64,000 nt of DNA from Minwuia sp. (GCF_048263705.1 NZ_JBLXDV010000009.1:14781-78780); one strand, 5' to 3'. Positions 20,428 through 31,532 are shown, numbered from the stretch's first letter. Notes: generated from the sequence alone by a model not told the origin. Numbers and translations are program-made.

Positions 20428-23400
20428 CTATTGGACCTCGAAATCGGTTGCTGACAGATTGCCATCGGTGACGGTCGCGATCTGGAAGCTGTTCTCTGTC
20501 GTGCCGCCGTCGGGATCGAAGTGCAGATTGTCGTCGCTGTCGAAGACGAAGGACGCCTCGGCGTTGCCGAGATCGATGGCACCATCCGCCAGCGACACGC
20601 CGACTGCGAAGAAGGACTGCCCGTCGATCAGGTTGTTGCTGCCGTTCGCGGCAATATTGCCGAAGGCCGTCTGATCGATCAGGAAACGGTCGGTGCCGCT
20701 CAGGAAGTCGGTGATCACGTCCTGATGGTTCTCGGCGGTATCGTAGAAGAAGGCATCGTTGCCGTCGCCGCCGGTCAGCACATCGCTGCCGGATTCGCCA
20801 TCCAGCGTGTCATTGCCGATACCCCCCTGCAGCAGGTCGTTGTCATTGCCTCCGGAGAGGCTGTCATCACCCGCACCGCCGTCCAGCGTATCCGCGCCCG
20901 CCGCACCGATCAGCGTGTCATTGCCACCATTGCCCAGAATGCTGTCGTCGCCCGAGCGGCCCTGAAGGTTCTCGGCTGCCTCCGCGCCGCTGATCGTGTC
21001 GTTGGCGTTGCTGCCAAGGATCCGTTCGATAGCGACCAGTGTATCGTTGCCCTCACCGCTGGCGATGCCCTGCGCGCCGGTGAGATCCACGTTGACCGCT
21101 ACCACGCTGGCGGAGAAGTCCGCCGTGTCCGTCCCGACGCCGCCATCGAAGAAATCATCGCCCAGGCCACCGACCAGCGTATCACCGCCGGTATTGCCCA
21201 GAAGCGTGTCGTCGCCCGCACCGCCGGTGAGCCGGTCGCCGCCTGCGCCGCCATCCAGCACGTTCGCCTCGCCATTGCCCGTCAGGCTGTCACCGCGCGA
21301 TGTGCCGATCAGATTATCGATATTCCTGAGGAAATCGGAACCCTCGGCGCTGTTGGCGATACCGGTTTCCAGACTGGCCGTCACCGCGACCGCGGATGTC
21401 GCATATGACGCCGTATCCGTGCCGGCACCGCCATCGATGTCATCGTTGCCCGCACCGCCATCCAGGGTGTCGTCATTGTCGCTGCCGACCAGCGTGTCGT
21501 CGTTCGCACTGCCGATCACGGCCTCGAATCCGATCAGCGTGTCGTTGCCGTCACCGGTCGCATTGCCTTCCGCCAGGTCCACACTCACGGCATTCGCCGC
21601 AGACGCGAAACTGACCGTGTCATTGCCCGCATCGCCCAGCAGGGAATCGTCACCCGCACCGCCGTCGATCACATCGTTGCCCGCATCGCCGAGCAGCGTG
21701 TCATTGCCCGCGCCACCGGAGATCGTGTCCGCGCCCGCGCCGCCCAGAATGCCGTTGTTCTGCGCATCGCCGGTCAGGCTGTCCGCGCCCGCGCCGCCGC
21801 GCACATCCTCGAACCCGCTGATCTGATCCGTTCCCGTCGCGGCGCTGTTCGCCGTCCCGCCCGCCAGATCCACGGTGACCGCCCCGCCAAAATTGCCGAA
21901 GTCCAGCAGGTCGGTGCCGTCGCCGCCCGCCAGCGTGTCCGCGCCTGCACCGGATACCAGCGTGTCATTGCCCGCGCCGCCGTCGACGCTGACAGCGGTC
22001 GTTGCATCCGCCGCATTCAATGAGTCCGCGCCGCCGCCCAGACTGGCGACGATGCCGCCATTGCCGATTTCGGTACCCGACAGATCATCGATGATCAGCA
22101 CGTCATCGCCGTCTGCGCCGATCACACTGACGATCTCCACACCATCGAGCAGCGCGGACTGGTTCAGCGGCGCGATCATGTCGACCAGCACATCGCCGTT
22201 CCCGTCATCGCTGATGGTGACATTGCTGCCGGACGGATCCAGCAGGTCAAGCCGGAGATTGTCGCCCGCCCCGTCGCCGCCGAAGATCAGATCGTTGCCG
22301 TTCTCGCCGGTCGAATAGCCGAACCGGTCGTCTCCACCAAGTCCGTTCAGCGTGTCGTCTCCGGCAGCGCCGGAGAGCGTATTGGCGTTTGCGTCGCCCG
22401 AGATGCTGTCTGCACCGGAACCGCCTTCGACGCGCTCGATCGAAACCAGCGTGTCGGTGCCTTCGCCCGTTGCCTCTCCGGTGGCGAGATCGACCGTGAC
22501 CCCGCCCGTGGTCGCACCGAAATCGGCGGTATCATCGCCCGCACCACCATCGAGCAGATCGTCGCCCGCGCCGCCGCTCAGCCTGTCATTGCCGACCTCG
22601 CCCTGCAGCGTGTCATCTCCACCGGCCCCTGCCAGCGTATCGGCGCCGTTGGACCCGCGCAGATCGTTGGCGTTCGCATCGCCGGTGATGCTGTCATTCG
22701 CGCCGGAGCCGATGACATTCTCGATGCTGCTGAGGGTGCCCGTGTCGGTACCGTCACTGAACGATCCGGCATCCAGATCGACCGTCACCGTCGCCACAAG
22801 CGCCGAGAAGTCCGCCGTGTCCGTACCGTCACCGCCCGCGAGAACATCCGCCCCGCCGGCACCTGCCAGCGTGTCGTCCCCGGCGTTGCCGGTCAGGACG
22901 TTGGCTGACGCGTTACCGGCCAGAACATCGTCCTGGGCCGAACCGGTCGCATTCTCGAATCCGATCAGCGTGTCGTTGCCCTCGCCCGTGGCCAGACCAG
23001 TATCCAGATCGACCGAAACGGCTGTCGCACTGCCGGAATAGTCGGCCGTGTCGATTCCCGCAGCACCGTCCATGCTGTCGTTGCCCAGACCGCCCGCGAT
23101 GACATTCGCAGCGCCGTCGCCGGTCAGCGTATCGTCACCCGCCGAGCCAATCAGATTCTCGATGGCCGTCAGCGTATCGGTGCCGTCGCCGGTTGCCGTA
23201 TCCGCGAACAGGTCGGCGTTGACCGCCGCCGCAGCGCCTGAGAAGTCCGCCGTATCCGCGCCGCCGCCGCCATCGAGGCGATTGTCGCCCGCATCGCCGG
23301 CCAGCGTGTCGTCGAAGGCGGAGCCGATGACGTTCTCGAAGTTCGTCAGCGTGTCGTTGCCAAAGCCGGTCGCGCTGGTCGCGGACAGATCCACATCCAC

Positions 23401-24831
23401 CGCAGCAGTGGCGTTCGTATAATCGACCGTATCCGTATCGGCACCGCCGTCCAGCCGGTCGTTGCCGTCGCCGCTGGCGATCAGGTCATCCCCCGATCCT
23501 GCCGATATGTCCATGCTGCGCCCGATCGCCGAGGCCTCGACGGTATCATTGCCCGCGCCCAGGTCGAGCCTGACCGTGTTCTGGGAAATGTCGGTGTTGG
23601 ACAGGTCCCCGATCGTGACCGTGTCACCGCCCGATCCCAGATTGATCGCGATCGTCTCAACCTCATCGACGATGATATTGGAATCCGTCGGCGCGTCGAA
23701 GTCGAGTACCGCCCGTCCCGCGTCATCGCTGACGAACAGAACCGCCGTTTCATTGACCGGATCAGACTGGATGGTGAGCGTGTCATCGCCCGCGCCGCCC
23801 GTGATCTGAAAATCCCCGTCGGCGATACTGATGGTCAGCGCGCCGTCGAACTGTTCGAAGGTCACATTGTTGTTGCCGTCATCGCCACCGTCATCAAGGA
23901 CCAGTTCCTCATCGTCGTTGTCGCGGACGTCAAAGACATCGTCCCCGTCATCGCTGAGGACATCGTCCGATCCTTCCTCGCCGTCCAGCAGACCCTGCGT
24001 GTCGATCAGCAGGGGCTCGGCCTGCGCCTCGCCGATCCCGAACAGTTCGCTGAGGCGGCCAAAGACGCCCAGATCGTCGGTATCGGCCAGTTCAGCAATG
24101 GCACCGACGTCCGAATAGGCCAGCACACCGTCGCCGAATTCCGACGTCAGGGTGGCGGCATTGACATCGGTCAGCAGGCTGGGATCGCGGAACAGCGACA
24201 CCACCTGCAGGCCCTGCAGGGGCTGGTCGATGATCACCGGCGCGCCTGAACTGGCGACCGCGATGGATCCCGCAAGAGCGCCGGCAATACCGGGCAGCAG
24301 GACGAAGGTATTGGCCTGTGCCTCGGGCGCGGCCTTGCCGATCATGCGCGCGTCCCTGACGGTGACCGATGCCACCGGTGTCCGCACCAGCAATTCGCTG
24401 CCCGGTGCATCGGGACCGCCGGTGCTGTCGACGGAAAACTCGCCCTGGACGACGAAGAACTGTGGCTTGCCGGCCAGGGTCGCCGGTTCCTCGATCAGGA
24501 CCCGGCTTTCGCTGTCGAAAAAGATCGTCGTGCCGTCTGCCGTGGCCAGTTCAAGCGCGCCGTCACCGCGCGTCAGGATCACATCGCCCGGCCCCATTTT
24601 CTGGCCCGGCACTACGGGACCCTGCGTCCCGTCCACCGATATCACCACGACCTCGCCGGAGACGTTGCGGACCGTCACCTGATCGTTCTGGCCCTGCGCG
24701 ACCTGCGCATTCACGACGGTCTCATGCTGCTCGAACACTGCTGCGCCCGAGACCGCTTCGTCCGCACCTTCGGCAGTGCCGGAAAGGGGGCCGGTTCGGC
24801 TCTCACTGGATGATGCTGCAAGCTGGTCCAT
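20428..24831 (-). CDS. large RTX calcium-binding repeat protein (T1SS substrate, adhesin/hemolysin-like)
   Basis: 1467 aa from M9 (the ORF starts at 24855; M9 at 24831 has a good SD AAGGAAG). Dozens of GGxGxDxUx nonapeptides organised in about 55-60-aa higher-order modules (TADFS..VxVDL..G.ATG.G.DTL..IE..IGS..DD.L.G...N.L.GG.G.D). Acidic, Cys-free, no signal peptide. C-terminal 150 aa non-repetitive, consistent with a T1SS signal. Confidence 0.85.
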   Translation of the reverse strand: MDQLAASSSESRTGPLSGTAEGADEAVSGAAVFEQHETVVNAQVAQGQNDQVTVRNVSGEVVVISVDGTQGPVVPGQKMGPGDVILTRGDGALELATADGTTIFFDSESRVLIEEPATLAGKPQFFVVQGEFSVDSTGGPDAPGSELLVRTPVASVTVRDARMIGKAAPEAQANTFVLLPGIAGALAGSIAVASSGAPVIIDQPLQGLQVVSLFRDPSLLTDVNAATLTSEFGDGVLAYSDVGAIAELADTDDLGVFGRLSELFGIGEAQAEPLLIDTQGLLDGEEGSDDVLSDDGDDVFDVRDNDDEELVLDDGGDDGNNNVTFEQFDGALTISIADGDFQITGGAGDDTLTIQSDPVNETAVLFVSDDAGRAVLDFDAPTDSNIIVDEVETIAINLGSGGDTVTIGDLSNTDISQNTVRLDLGAGNDTVEASAIGRSMDISAGSGDDLIASGDGNDRLDGGADTDTVDYTNATAAVDVDLSATSATGFGNDTLTNFENVIGSAFDDTLAGDAGDNRLDGGGGADTADFSGAAAAVNADLFADTATGDGTDTLTAIENLIGSAGDDTLTGDGAANVIAGGLGNDSMDGAAGIDTADYSGSATAVSVDLDTGLATGEGNDTLIGFENATGSAQDDVLAGNASANVLTGNAGDDTLAGAGGADVLAGGDGTDTADFSALVATVTVDLDAGSFSDGTDTGTLSSIENVIGSGANDSITGDANANDLRGSNGADTLAGAGGDDTLQGEVGNDRLSGGAGDDLLDGGAGDDTADFGATTGGVTVDLATGEATGEGTDTLVSIERVEGGSGADSISGDANANTLSGAAGDDTLNGLGGDDRFGYSTGENGNDLIFGGDGAGDNLRLDLLDPSGSNVTISDDGNGDVLVDMIAPLNQSALLDGVEIVSVIGADGDDVLIIDDLSGTEIGNGGIVASLGGGADSLNAADATTAVSVDGGAGNDTLVSGAGADTLAGGDGTDLLDFGNFGGAVTVDLAGGTANSAATGTDQISGFEDVRGGAGADSLTGDAQNNGILGGAGADTISGGAGNDTLLGDAGNDVIDGGAGDDSLLGDAGNDTVSFASAANAVSVDLAEGNATGDGNDTLIGFEAVIGSANDDTLVGSDNDDTLDGGAGNDDIDGGAGTDTASYATSAVAVTASLETGIANSAEGSDFLRNIDNLIGTSRGDSLTGNGEANVLDGGAGGDRLTGGAGDDTLLGNTGGDTLVGGLGDDFFDGGVGTDTADFSASVVAVNVDLTGAQGIASGEGNDTLVAIERILGSNANDTISGAEAAENLQGRSGDDSILGNGGNDTLIGAAGADTLDGGAGDDSLSGGNDNDLLQGGIGNDTLDGESGSDVLTGGDGNDAFFYDTAENHQDVITDFLSGTDRFLIDQTAFGNIAANGSNNLIDGQSFFAVGVSLADGAIDLGNAEASFVFDSDDNLHFDPDGGTTENSFQIATVTDGNLSATDFEVQ

Positions 24832-24920
24832 CGAAACTTCCTTCGCTCGGGGCACTTCATGTGAACGCGTGCCCTGTCATTCAGATGGGAACAGGCATTC
24901 ACAAACGCAAATAGCGGGAC

Positions 24921-24935
24921 GCAAATGGCAGGCCA
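24921..24935 (-). promoter_or_regulatory. candidate sigma-54 (-24/-12) promoter for the RTX gene
   Basis: Minus-strand sequence TGGCCTG-CCAT-TTGCG matches TGGCACG-N4-TTGCW with correct GG/GC spacing. Lies about 90 nt upstream of the RTX ATG at 24831. Confidence 0.45.
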
Positions 24936-24961
24936 TGCCCGTCCTGCGAGCGGGTGCGCGA

Positions 24962-27900
24962 TCAGGCCGCCTGCTCGCCCGCTATAACCCTTAGCCGAGC
25001 CAGTGTCCGGCCCGCAACCGAATGCAGGTCAACAATCGCATCACGTGCATCCTCAAGTTGACCGGAGTCACAGAATGTTTCCACCCGGGCCGCTGTCTCA
25101 GAAAGTGACACCGCGCCGATGGTCCCGGCACTGCTCTTCAGACTGTGGGCGTCGCGTCCCAGATCGCCTGCATTGGCTGCCGTCAGGGGTTCAGACAGCC
25201 GCGCCAGCAGATCAGTCGTATCGTCGATGAAATCCCTGAGCAGGACCGGCAGGTAATCCGCGCCGACGTCTTCGCCGAACTGGTCCATGACGGCCTGATC
25301 GATCAGACCGCCAGTCTGCCCATCGGCTGTCGGTCCATCGCGGCTGACCGGATCCCCGCTCGCTTCTTTCACCGCAACCGGATTCACATCGGCGGGCGGG
25401 CCACCGGTCGCCTTCGCACCGACAAGGGCCCAGCGCGCGACCAGTTGCAGAAGCTCGACCTTGTCGAACGGCTTGGCGATGAAATCGTCCATGCCCTTCG
25501 CGAGGCATTCGTCACGATGTTCGGGCATGGCATTCGCGGTAACGGCCACGATGGGAATCGCCGCTTTCCGGCCGCCCATGGCGCGAATCTTCGCCGTCAC
25601 CTCGAAACCATCCATGTCCGGCATCTGCACATCCATCAGGATGATCTCGAAATCGCCATCCCTGACCGCCGCCACAGCGCTTGCACCGTCTTCCGCCGCA
25701 CTGACCAGATATCCGGCCTTTTCCAGCATGACGCGCGCAACCTGCAGGTTGATCCGGTTGTCGTCCGTGACCAGAACGCGCATGCCGCGCGCCGCCCCAT
25801 CGCCGATCTGTTCCAGGGTCTGGCGCGCCGCCGATTCGACATCGCCGTCCCGGCCCGTCAGCGCCTGGGCCAGCGGCATGCTGCGCACCGGCCGCATGAC
25901 AAATCCATCGAAACCGCGCGCGACCAGATCGTCCGCACGACCGCGCTGCGACGGATCGATCGCCACGATCATCCGGCCATCGACCGACTGACGCAGGGTC
26001 GCGATGTTGGTGGCGCTCGCCGCCTCCGCCATGGTGCCGTCAATCAGCAGGTGATCGATCCGCGCGCCCGGCGGCGTCAGCGTCGGGGAGATATGTCCGA
26101 CCCGGAGCCCGAGCCCGCGCAGGCGCGCCGCCAGCCCTTCGCGCAGGACAGCGTTTTCGGCAAGCACGCCGACCTGCCGACCGTCCAGCATGCCCAGCAG
26201 GCGCTGACGCCCGTCGCTGATCTCGGCGTCCGCCGGCTCAAGCGCGATCTCGAACCAGAACGTGCTGCCCTCGCCTTCGACGCTCTCCAGACCGATCCGG
26301 CCATCCATCAGCCCGATGAGGCGCTTGCAGATGGCCAGCCCCAGCCCGGTGCCGCCGTATTTCCGCGCCGTCGAGGCATCGACCTGGGTGAACTCCTGAA
26401 ACAGGGCACTCTGCCTGTCTTCGGGGATGCCGATCCCCGTGTCGGTGACGTTGAAGCGCAGGACCGGGCGGTCATCGCGGCTGCCGGTCAGCGCGATGTC
26501 GAGCGTGACGCCGCCTTCGTCCGTGAACTTGATCGCGTTACCCGCAAAGTTCAGCAGCACCTGACGGATGCGGGTCGGATCGCCCAGAAAACGGCGGGGC
26601 AGCGCAGGATCGATGATGACCGCGATCTCGACGCCGCGTTCGAACGCCCGCGCGGACAGCAGGTCGGCCACACCGTCGGCGACGTCTTCCAGGTCGAAGG
26701 CCACCGATTCCAGTTCCAGGCGGCCTGCTTCCAGCTTCGAGAAGTCCAGGATGTCATTGATGATGGTCAGCAGCGCCTCGCCGGACTTGCGCACGGTTTC
26801 GGCATACTGGTGCTGCTCGCCGCTCAGCGGTGTTTCCAGCAGCAGGTTGGTCATGCCCAGCACGCCGTTCATCGGTGTGCGGATTTCGTGACTCATCATG
26901 GCCAGGAAGCGGGACTTGGCGACGTTGGCGTCTTCCGCGCGCTCCTTGGCCTCGACCAGCGCGACCTCGTTTTCCTTCTGCGAGGTGATGTCGGTATGGA
27001 CGCTGACGCGGCCGCCCTCGTCGGTGCGGAACTCCCCCACCAGAATCCACCGGCCGTCCGTCATGGCCAGTTCGAACGGCCCGCTGGGATTGCGATGCCG
27101 CTCCAGCCTGTCGGCCACCCAGACCTCGGGATTCGTCTGCGCGCTGACGACGTGGCGCGACGCGGTGCGGCGGAGAACATCCTCGAACTTCTGCCCCTCC
27201 TCGATGCGGCCGGTGGCGCCGCCCGCATAGATATCGGCATATTTCGCGTTGAACAGGATCAGCCGGTCGTCTGAATCATACAGCGCGAACCCGTCGTTCA
27301 TCGCTTCGATGGCTTCCAGCAACTGGGTTCTGGCAGCCGTTGCCCCGGCTTCGGCGATCGCCACCTGCCTGTAGAGCCGGCGCGTCCGCCGGATCTCCCG
27401 GATCAGCAGCACCACCAGCAGCCCGCCCGCCAGCATCGTCGCGATCGAGGACATGAGCAGATTGAAATAGATGGGCCGCAGCCGTTCGGCCCGGAACCGC
27501 GTCACCAGCGACTGCGACGAATCCGTCAGTTCCCTGACGTCATTGAAAACGGGCAGCAACGCGCTGCGGATGCCGCTGTAGGTCCTGAAATCATTCGGCT
27601 GCAGCGCGCGCAGCCGTTCATCATTGGCGTTCAGCGTCGCGGCGAGCCGCAGCGCCAGTTCTCCGGCCCCCAGCGCGTCCTCGTCGTCAGAGCGCATCTT
27701 GTTCAGAAAGATCGGCAGCCGCTGCTTGAGGTAATCGTAGCGCTGCACGAACTCGCGCTGCGTCATCGCCGACGTGCCTGTCACATAAGTGTCCAGCGCT
27801 GAGAGGAACAGCGACAGTTCGTTCTTCGTGTGCGACGCGGCCCAGACCACCGTGTCGTATTCGCCCGAACTGGCGTTATATTCATCCCTGAGCGTCAGAA

Positions 27901-28045
27901 CGGAGTAGACGGTGGTCGACAGCAGCACCAGGATCGCAATCCCCAGCACCGCCAGCCGCCGCTTCGCGCTGCGCCCCATATCAGCAATGCTCAGCCGGGA
28001 AGCGCTGCCCGTTCCGCGTTCTTCGGGTTGAACCTGCATTGTCAT
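24962..28045 (-). CDS. hybrid sensor histidine kinase with periplasmic sensor, PAS, HisKA, HATPase, pseudo-receiver, receiver and C-terminal Hpt domain
   Basis: 1027 aa. TM1 at about residues 30-52 and TM2 at about 195-215, flanking an approximately 140-aa periplasmic region. H-box [12 protein letters not shown]-boxes, REC with [12 protein letters not shown], Hpt with [14 protein letters not shown]. Confidence 0.85.
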   Translation of the reverse strand: MTMQVQPEERGTGSASRLSIADMGRSAKRRLAVLGIAILVLLSTTVYSVLTLRDEYNASSGEYDTVVWAASHTKNELSLFLSALDTYVTGTSAMTQREFVQRYDYLKQRLPIFLNKMRSDDEDALGAGELALRLAATLNANDERLRALQPNDFRTYSGIRSALLPVFNDVRELTDSSQSLVTRFRAERLRPIYFNLLMSSIATMLAGGLLVVLLIREIRRTRRLYRQVAIAEAGATAARTQLLEAIEAMNDGFALYDSDDRLILFNAKYADIYAGGATGRIEEGQKFEDVLRRTASRHVVSAQTNPEVWVADRLERHRNPSGPFELAMTDGRWILVGEFRTDEGGRVSVHTDITSQKENEVALVEAKERAEDANVAKSRFLAMMSHEIRTPMNGVLGMTNLLLETPLSGEQHQYAETVRKSGEALLTIINDILDFSKLEAGRLELESVAFDLEDVADGVADLLSARAFERGVEIAVIIDPALPRRFLGDPTRIRQVLLNFAGNAIKFTDEGGVTLDIALTGSRDDRPVLRFNVTDTGIGIPEDRQSALFQEFTQVDASTARKYGGTGLGLAICKRLIGLMDGRIGLESVEGEGSTFWFEIALEPADAEISDGRQRLLGMLDGRQVGVLAENAVLREGLAARLRGLGLRVGHISPTLTPPGARIDHLLIDGTMAEAASATNIATLRQSVDGRMIVAIDPSQRGRADDLVARGFDGFVMRPVRSMPLAQALTGRDGDVESAARQTLEQIGDGAARGMRVLVTDDNRINLQVARVMLEKAGYLVSAAEDGASAVAAVRDGDFEIILMDVQMPDMDGFEVTAKIRAMGGRKAAIPIVAVTANAMPEHRDECLAKGMDDFIAKPFDKVELLQLVARWALVGAKATGGPPADVNPVAVKEASGDPVSRDGPTADGQTGGLIDQAVMDQFGEDVGADYLPVLLRDFIDDTTDLLARLSEPLTAANAGDLGRDAHSLKSSAGTIGAVSLSETAARVETFCDSGQLEDARDAIVDLHSVAGRTLARLRVIAGEQAA

Positions 28046-28162
28046 CGTGATTCTATCATGCGAGAAAGATCATCCGGTGTCGAATTTGTAGACGATAGCC
28101 AGCCCGGAATCAGGCCCTGCAGACCAGCCTGCACATTCACAACCAACGGGACAATGTCATAG

Positions 28163-29623
28163 ATGAGCGGCAGAACGCGCCCTTACATTTTACTGGTTGA
28201 GGATACACCGACCCTCGCACGCAGTTACATCCAGTTTCTGCGCGATGAGCCCTATGAAATCCATCACGTCGAACTGGGCAAGGACGCGCTGCGCTCGTTC
28301 GAGGATCGCCGTCCCGATGCCATTCTGCTGGATCTGCGCCTGCCGGACATGGACGGCATGGACATTCTCCAGCATGTCAGCGAACAGGACGAAGGCGTTC
28401 CGGTCATCGTGATCACCGCGCACGGATCGGTGCAGACGGCGGTCACCGCCATGCGTCTGGGCGCCGCCGATTTCATCGTCAAGCCGTTCTCGGCAGACCG
28501 GCTGAAGGTGACGCTGAAGAATGTGCTTGAGACCAACAAGCTGCGCGAGATCGTCGATACCTACCGCACCGAGATCGACCGCGGCGGCTTCGAGGGCTTC
28601 ATCGGCAGTTCCCTGCCGATGCAGGCGGTCTATCGCATCATCGAGGCGGCAGCATCGTCGAAAGCCACGGTCTTCGTGACCGGCGAGAGCGGAACGGGCA
28701 AGGAGGTCTGCGCGGAAGCGATCAAGAACCGCAGCCCGCGCCGCAAGGGGCCCCTGGTTGCCATCAATTGCGCGGCCATCCCGCACGACCTGATGGAAAG
28801 CGAGATCTTCGGCCACGTGAAGGGGGCCTTCACAGGTGCCCTGGGTGAGCGCGAGGGTGCGGCCCACATGGCCAATGGCGGCACCCTGTTTCTGGACGAA
28901 GTCTGCGAGATGGACCTGGATCTGCAGGCCAAGCTGCTGCGCTTCATCCAGACCGAGACCTTCCGCAAGGTCGGCGGATCAGTGACCGAGAAGGTGGATG
29001 TAAGACTTGTCTGCGCGACCAATCGCGATCCCATGGAAGAGGTGAAGGCCGGGCGGTTCCGCGAAGACCTCTATTACCGTCTGCACGTCATTCCGTTGCA
29101 CCTGCCGCCACTGCGCGACCGCGATGACGACATCCTGAAGATCGCCGACATGTTCCTGCGCAGCTATGCCGAGCGTGAAGGTCGGAAGTTCAGACAGTTC
29201 GAACCGGCCGCCGCCGCCGTGCTGATGTCCTACGACTGGCCGGGCAATGTTCGTGAGCTGCAGAACATCATCCAGAACATCGTCGTTTTGAACGATGGAG
29301 AGACGGTGACGGCGGACATGCTGCCAGGTCCGCTGGCGCAAATCGACCGCTCCGCGATTCCGGCGGCGATGGCGGCGGTTCCGGACACGCAGGCATCATC
29401 CGAGGCGGATGCCCGCGTCCATGGCAAGCCGACGGTTCAGGCCCTTTCCGACGATATCCGGCCCCTTGCCACAGTCGAGCGCGAGTATATCGAACATGCG
29501 ATCAACCGCTGCGACGGGAACGTCCGCACGGCGGCTGCGCTGCTGGGCATCGCCCCGCAGACGATCTATCGCAAGCGCACCGCCTGGGAAGAGGAAGACC
29601 TGGCGTCCAGCGCCGCCGAATAG
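28163..29623 (+). CDS. sigma-54-dependent response regulator, LuxO/NtrC-like (REC + AAA+ sigma-54 + Fis HTH)
   Basis: 486 aa. Receiver with [11 protein letters not shown]. Sigma-54 interaction domain ([29 protein letters not shown]). C-terminal HTH ([20 protein letters not shown]). Divergent from the hybrid HK. Confidence 0.85.
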   Translation: MSGRTRPYILLVEDTPTLARSYIQFLRDEPYEIHHVELGKDALRSFEDRRPDAILLDLRLPDMDGMDILQHVSEQDEGVPVIVITAHGSVQTAVTAMRLGAADFIVKPFSADRLKVTLKNVLETNKLREIVDTYRTEIDRGGFEGFIGSSLPMQAVYRIIEAAASSKATVFVTGESGTGKEVCAEAIKNRSPRRKGPLVAINCAAIPHDLMESEIFGHVKGAFTGALGEREGAAHMANGGTLFLDEVCEMDLDLQAKLLRFIQTETFRKVGGSVTEKVDVRLVCATNRDPMEEVKAGRFREDLYYRLHVIPLHLPPLRDRDDDILKIADMFLRSYAEREGRKFRQFEPAAAAVLMSYDWPGNVRELQNIIQNIVVLNDGETVTADMLPGPLAQIDRSAIPAAMAAVPDTQASSEADARVHGKPTVQALSDDIRPLATVEREYIEHAINRCDGNVRTAAALLGIAPQTIYRKRTAWEEEDLASSAAE

Positions 29624-29641
29624 ACCGGCCAACCCGGACCG

Positions 29642-30667
29642 TCAGTACAGGTCCCACTGCCTTTTCATGTAATCAGTAGCCTCGCGGGTGGCGTCCAGTC
29701 CCTGCGGGAGGGACTTGGCCAGCATCATGAAGCCGTGAATCTGGCCGGGATATTCGTGCACGGTCGTGCTGACGCCGGCTTCGGTCAGGCGGTCAGCGTA
29801 ATCTTTCGCCTCGTCACGCAGGGGATCGAATCCCGCGGTCAGGAACAGCGCCGGCGGCTGGCCGGCGAGGTCGGTGTTCCGCCCCGGTGACGCGCGCAAA
29901 TCGTCCTTGTCCGCATCACCGTTCAGATACTGGTTCATGTACCAGTTGATCCGGTCGCGCGGGATGATGGCGCCGTCCTCCAGTTCCGCATGCGAGCGCG
30001 TCGTCGTTGCGAAATCCGTGGCCGGGTAGATCAGAAGCTGAAAATCGGGAGGCGTCTGCCCCGCCGCCGCCGTCTGCTGGCTGACGACGATGGACAGGTT
30101 GCCGCCTGCCGAGTCACCGCCGACGGCGACGCGCGAAGGATCACCGCCGATCTCGCCGGCGTTCTCGCGCAGCCAGCGATAGGCCGCAAGACAGTCGTCC
30201 ACACCGCCGGGAAACTTGTTCTCCGGTGCCAGCCCGTAATCGACGGAGACCACCATCGCACCCGACCACAGAGCCAGGCGCGCGCAGAGCCCATGGTGGC
30301 TGTCCAGATCCCCCTGCACCCATCCGCCGCCGTGGAAGAAGCACAGGACGGGCAGCGGGGCCGCACTGTCGGTCGGCCTGTACACCCGCGCCGGGATCGC
30401 ACCGTTTCGGCCCGCGACCTCGATGTCCCGGATCTCGTGCAGATCGGGTGCCGGTTCGTCCAGCAGTCCGACCAGTGTCAGAAGCTGCTGCCGCAGTTCC
30501 GGCAGGGGCGGGAAATAGCCCGGCACACGGACGGATTTGGAGAACTCGGCGACGACCTGTGCCTTCGGATCCATGACCCTGCGGCCCAGCGTCTCGCGCT
30601 TGCCTTCGAGCAGAGGCAGGACCTCGGCTTCGCTCATCAGGCAATGTTGCAGTTCGAATGCGGTCAT
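29642..30667 (-). CDS. alpha/beta hydrolase fold-3 esterase/lipase (Aes/HSL family)
   Basis: HGGGW oxyanion motif and GDSAGG nucleophile elbow. Start chosen at MTAFELQ (ORF extends to 30925). Confidence 0.75.
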   Translation of the reverse strand: MTAFELQHCLMSEAEVLPLLEGKRETLGRRVMDPKAQVVAEFSKSVRVPGYFPPLPELRQQLLTLVGLLDEPAPDLHEIRDIEVAGRNGAIPARVYRPTDSAAPLPVLCFFHGGGWVQGDLDSHHGLCARLALWSGAMVVSVDYGLAPENKFPGGVDDCLAAYRWLRENAGEIGGDPSRVAVGGDSAGGNLSIVVSQQTAAAGQTPPDFQLLIYPATDFATTTRSHAELEDGAIIPRDRINWYMNQYLNGDADKDDLRASPGRNTDLAGQPPALFLTAGFDPLRDEAKDYADRLTEAGVSTTVHEYPGQIHGFMMLAKSLPQGLDATREATDYMKRQWDLY

Positions 30668-30767
30668 GGTTCGGCGCCCCCGGTCACATGTGCGGAAGCC
30701 CTCCCGGCGGTCCGGAAGGGCTTCCTGAATCAATCCGATCGGTTCCCCGATGGCAGACGGATTTCGA

Positions 30768-31532
30768 TCAGTCGCGGAAGCTGGGGTCCATGCGGTCCAG
30801 CTTGCGCAGCAGGCCCGGCCAGTCGCGGCTGCCCAACGGCGAGAACTTGTCGAACTGCTGGGCGGTATGTTCACAGACTTCCGGCGTCGGCATCTGCAGT
30901 TCCTGACCGCCCGACAGCGCATCAATCTGCAACTGGCAGGACTTCTCCAGATAGGCCAGCAGGCTGAAGGCCTCCGAAACCGACTCGCCCGCTGTCAGCA
31001 GACCGTGGTTGCGCAGGATCATCGCCTTGTGCGTCCCCAGATGGCCGATCAGGCGATCCCGTTCGGAATGGTCCAGCGCCACGCCCTCATACTCGTGGTA
31101 GGCGACGCGATTGTAGAAACGCAGCGAGGTCTGGCTGAGCGGCAGCAGGCCGTTCTTCTGCGCCGAAATCGCCATGCCGGCGCGCGTGTGCGTGTGCGCA
31201 ACCGAGAAGACGTCCGGACGACCGCTCAATACGGCGGAATGAATGGTAAAACCCGCCTGGTTGACGGGATAACCGCCGTCCAGCAACACGTTGTTGTCGT
31301 AGTCGATCTTGACCAGGCTGGACGCCGTGATCTCGTCGAAGAAAAGACCGTGCGGATTCAGCAGGAATGCATCCTCGCCCGGCACGCGGGCCGACAGGTG
31401 GGTCGCCGTCAGATCATCCCAGCCGTAGTGCGCCACCAGACGATAGAAGGCGGCCAGATCGACGCGAACGGCCCATTCCTCGTCGGAGACCTGCTTGCGG
31501 ACGGATTTCACGAGTGGTGCGGTATCGGGCAT
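30768..31532 (-). CDS. class II aldolase/adducin-family protein
   Basis: 254 aa. VAHTHT metal-binding His cluster typical of the class II aldolase/adducin N-terminal domain. Confidence 0.7.
   Translation of the reverse strand: MPDTAPLVKSVRKQVSDEEWAVRVDLAAFYRLVAHYGWDDLTATHLSARVPGEDAFLLNPHGLFFDEITASSLVKIDYDNNVLLDGGYPVNQAGFTIHSAVLSGRPDVFSVAHTHTRAGMAISAQKNGLLPLSQTSLRFYNRVAYHEYEGVALDHSERDRLIGHLGTHKAMILRNHGLLTAGESVSEAFSLLAYLEKSCQLQIDALSGGQELQMPTPEVCEHTAQQFDKFSPLGSRDWPGLLRKLDRMDPSFRD

Noticed and set aside
20600-24000. Possible CRISPR-like or tandem DNA repeat signal
   Set aside because: The periodicity is the in-frame RTX nonapeptide and super-repeat coding sequence, not a spacer-repeat array. 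No cas genes present.
25145-27274. 709-aa plus-strand ORF antisense to the hybrid histidine kinase
   Set aside because: Lies wholly within the HK gene, which has clear domain motifs. The antisense translation is Arg/Asp/Gly-rich with no motifs.
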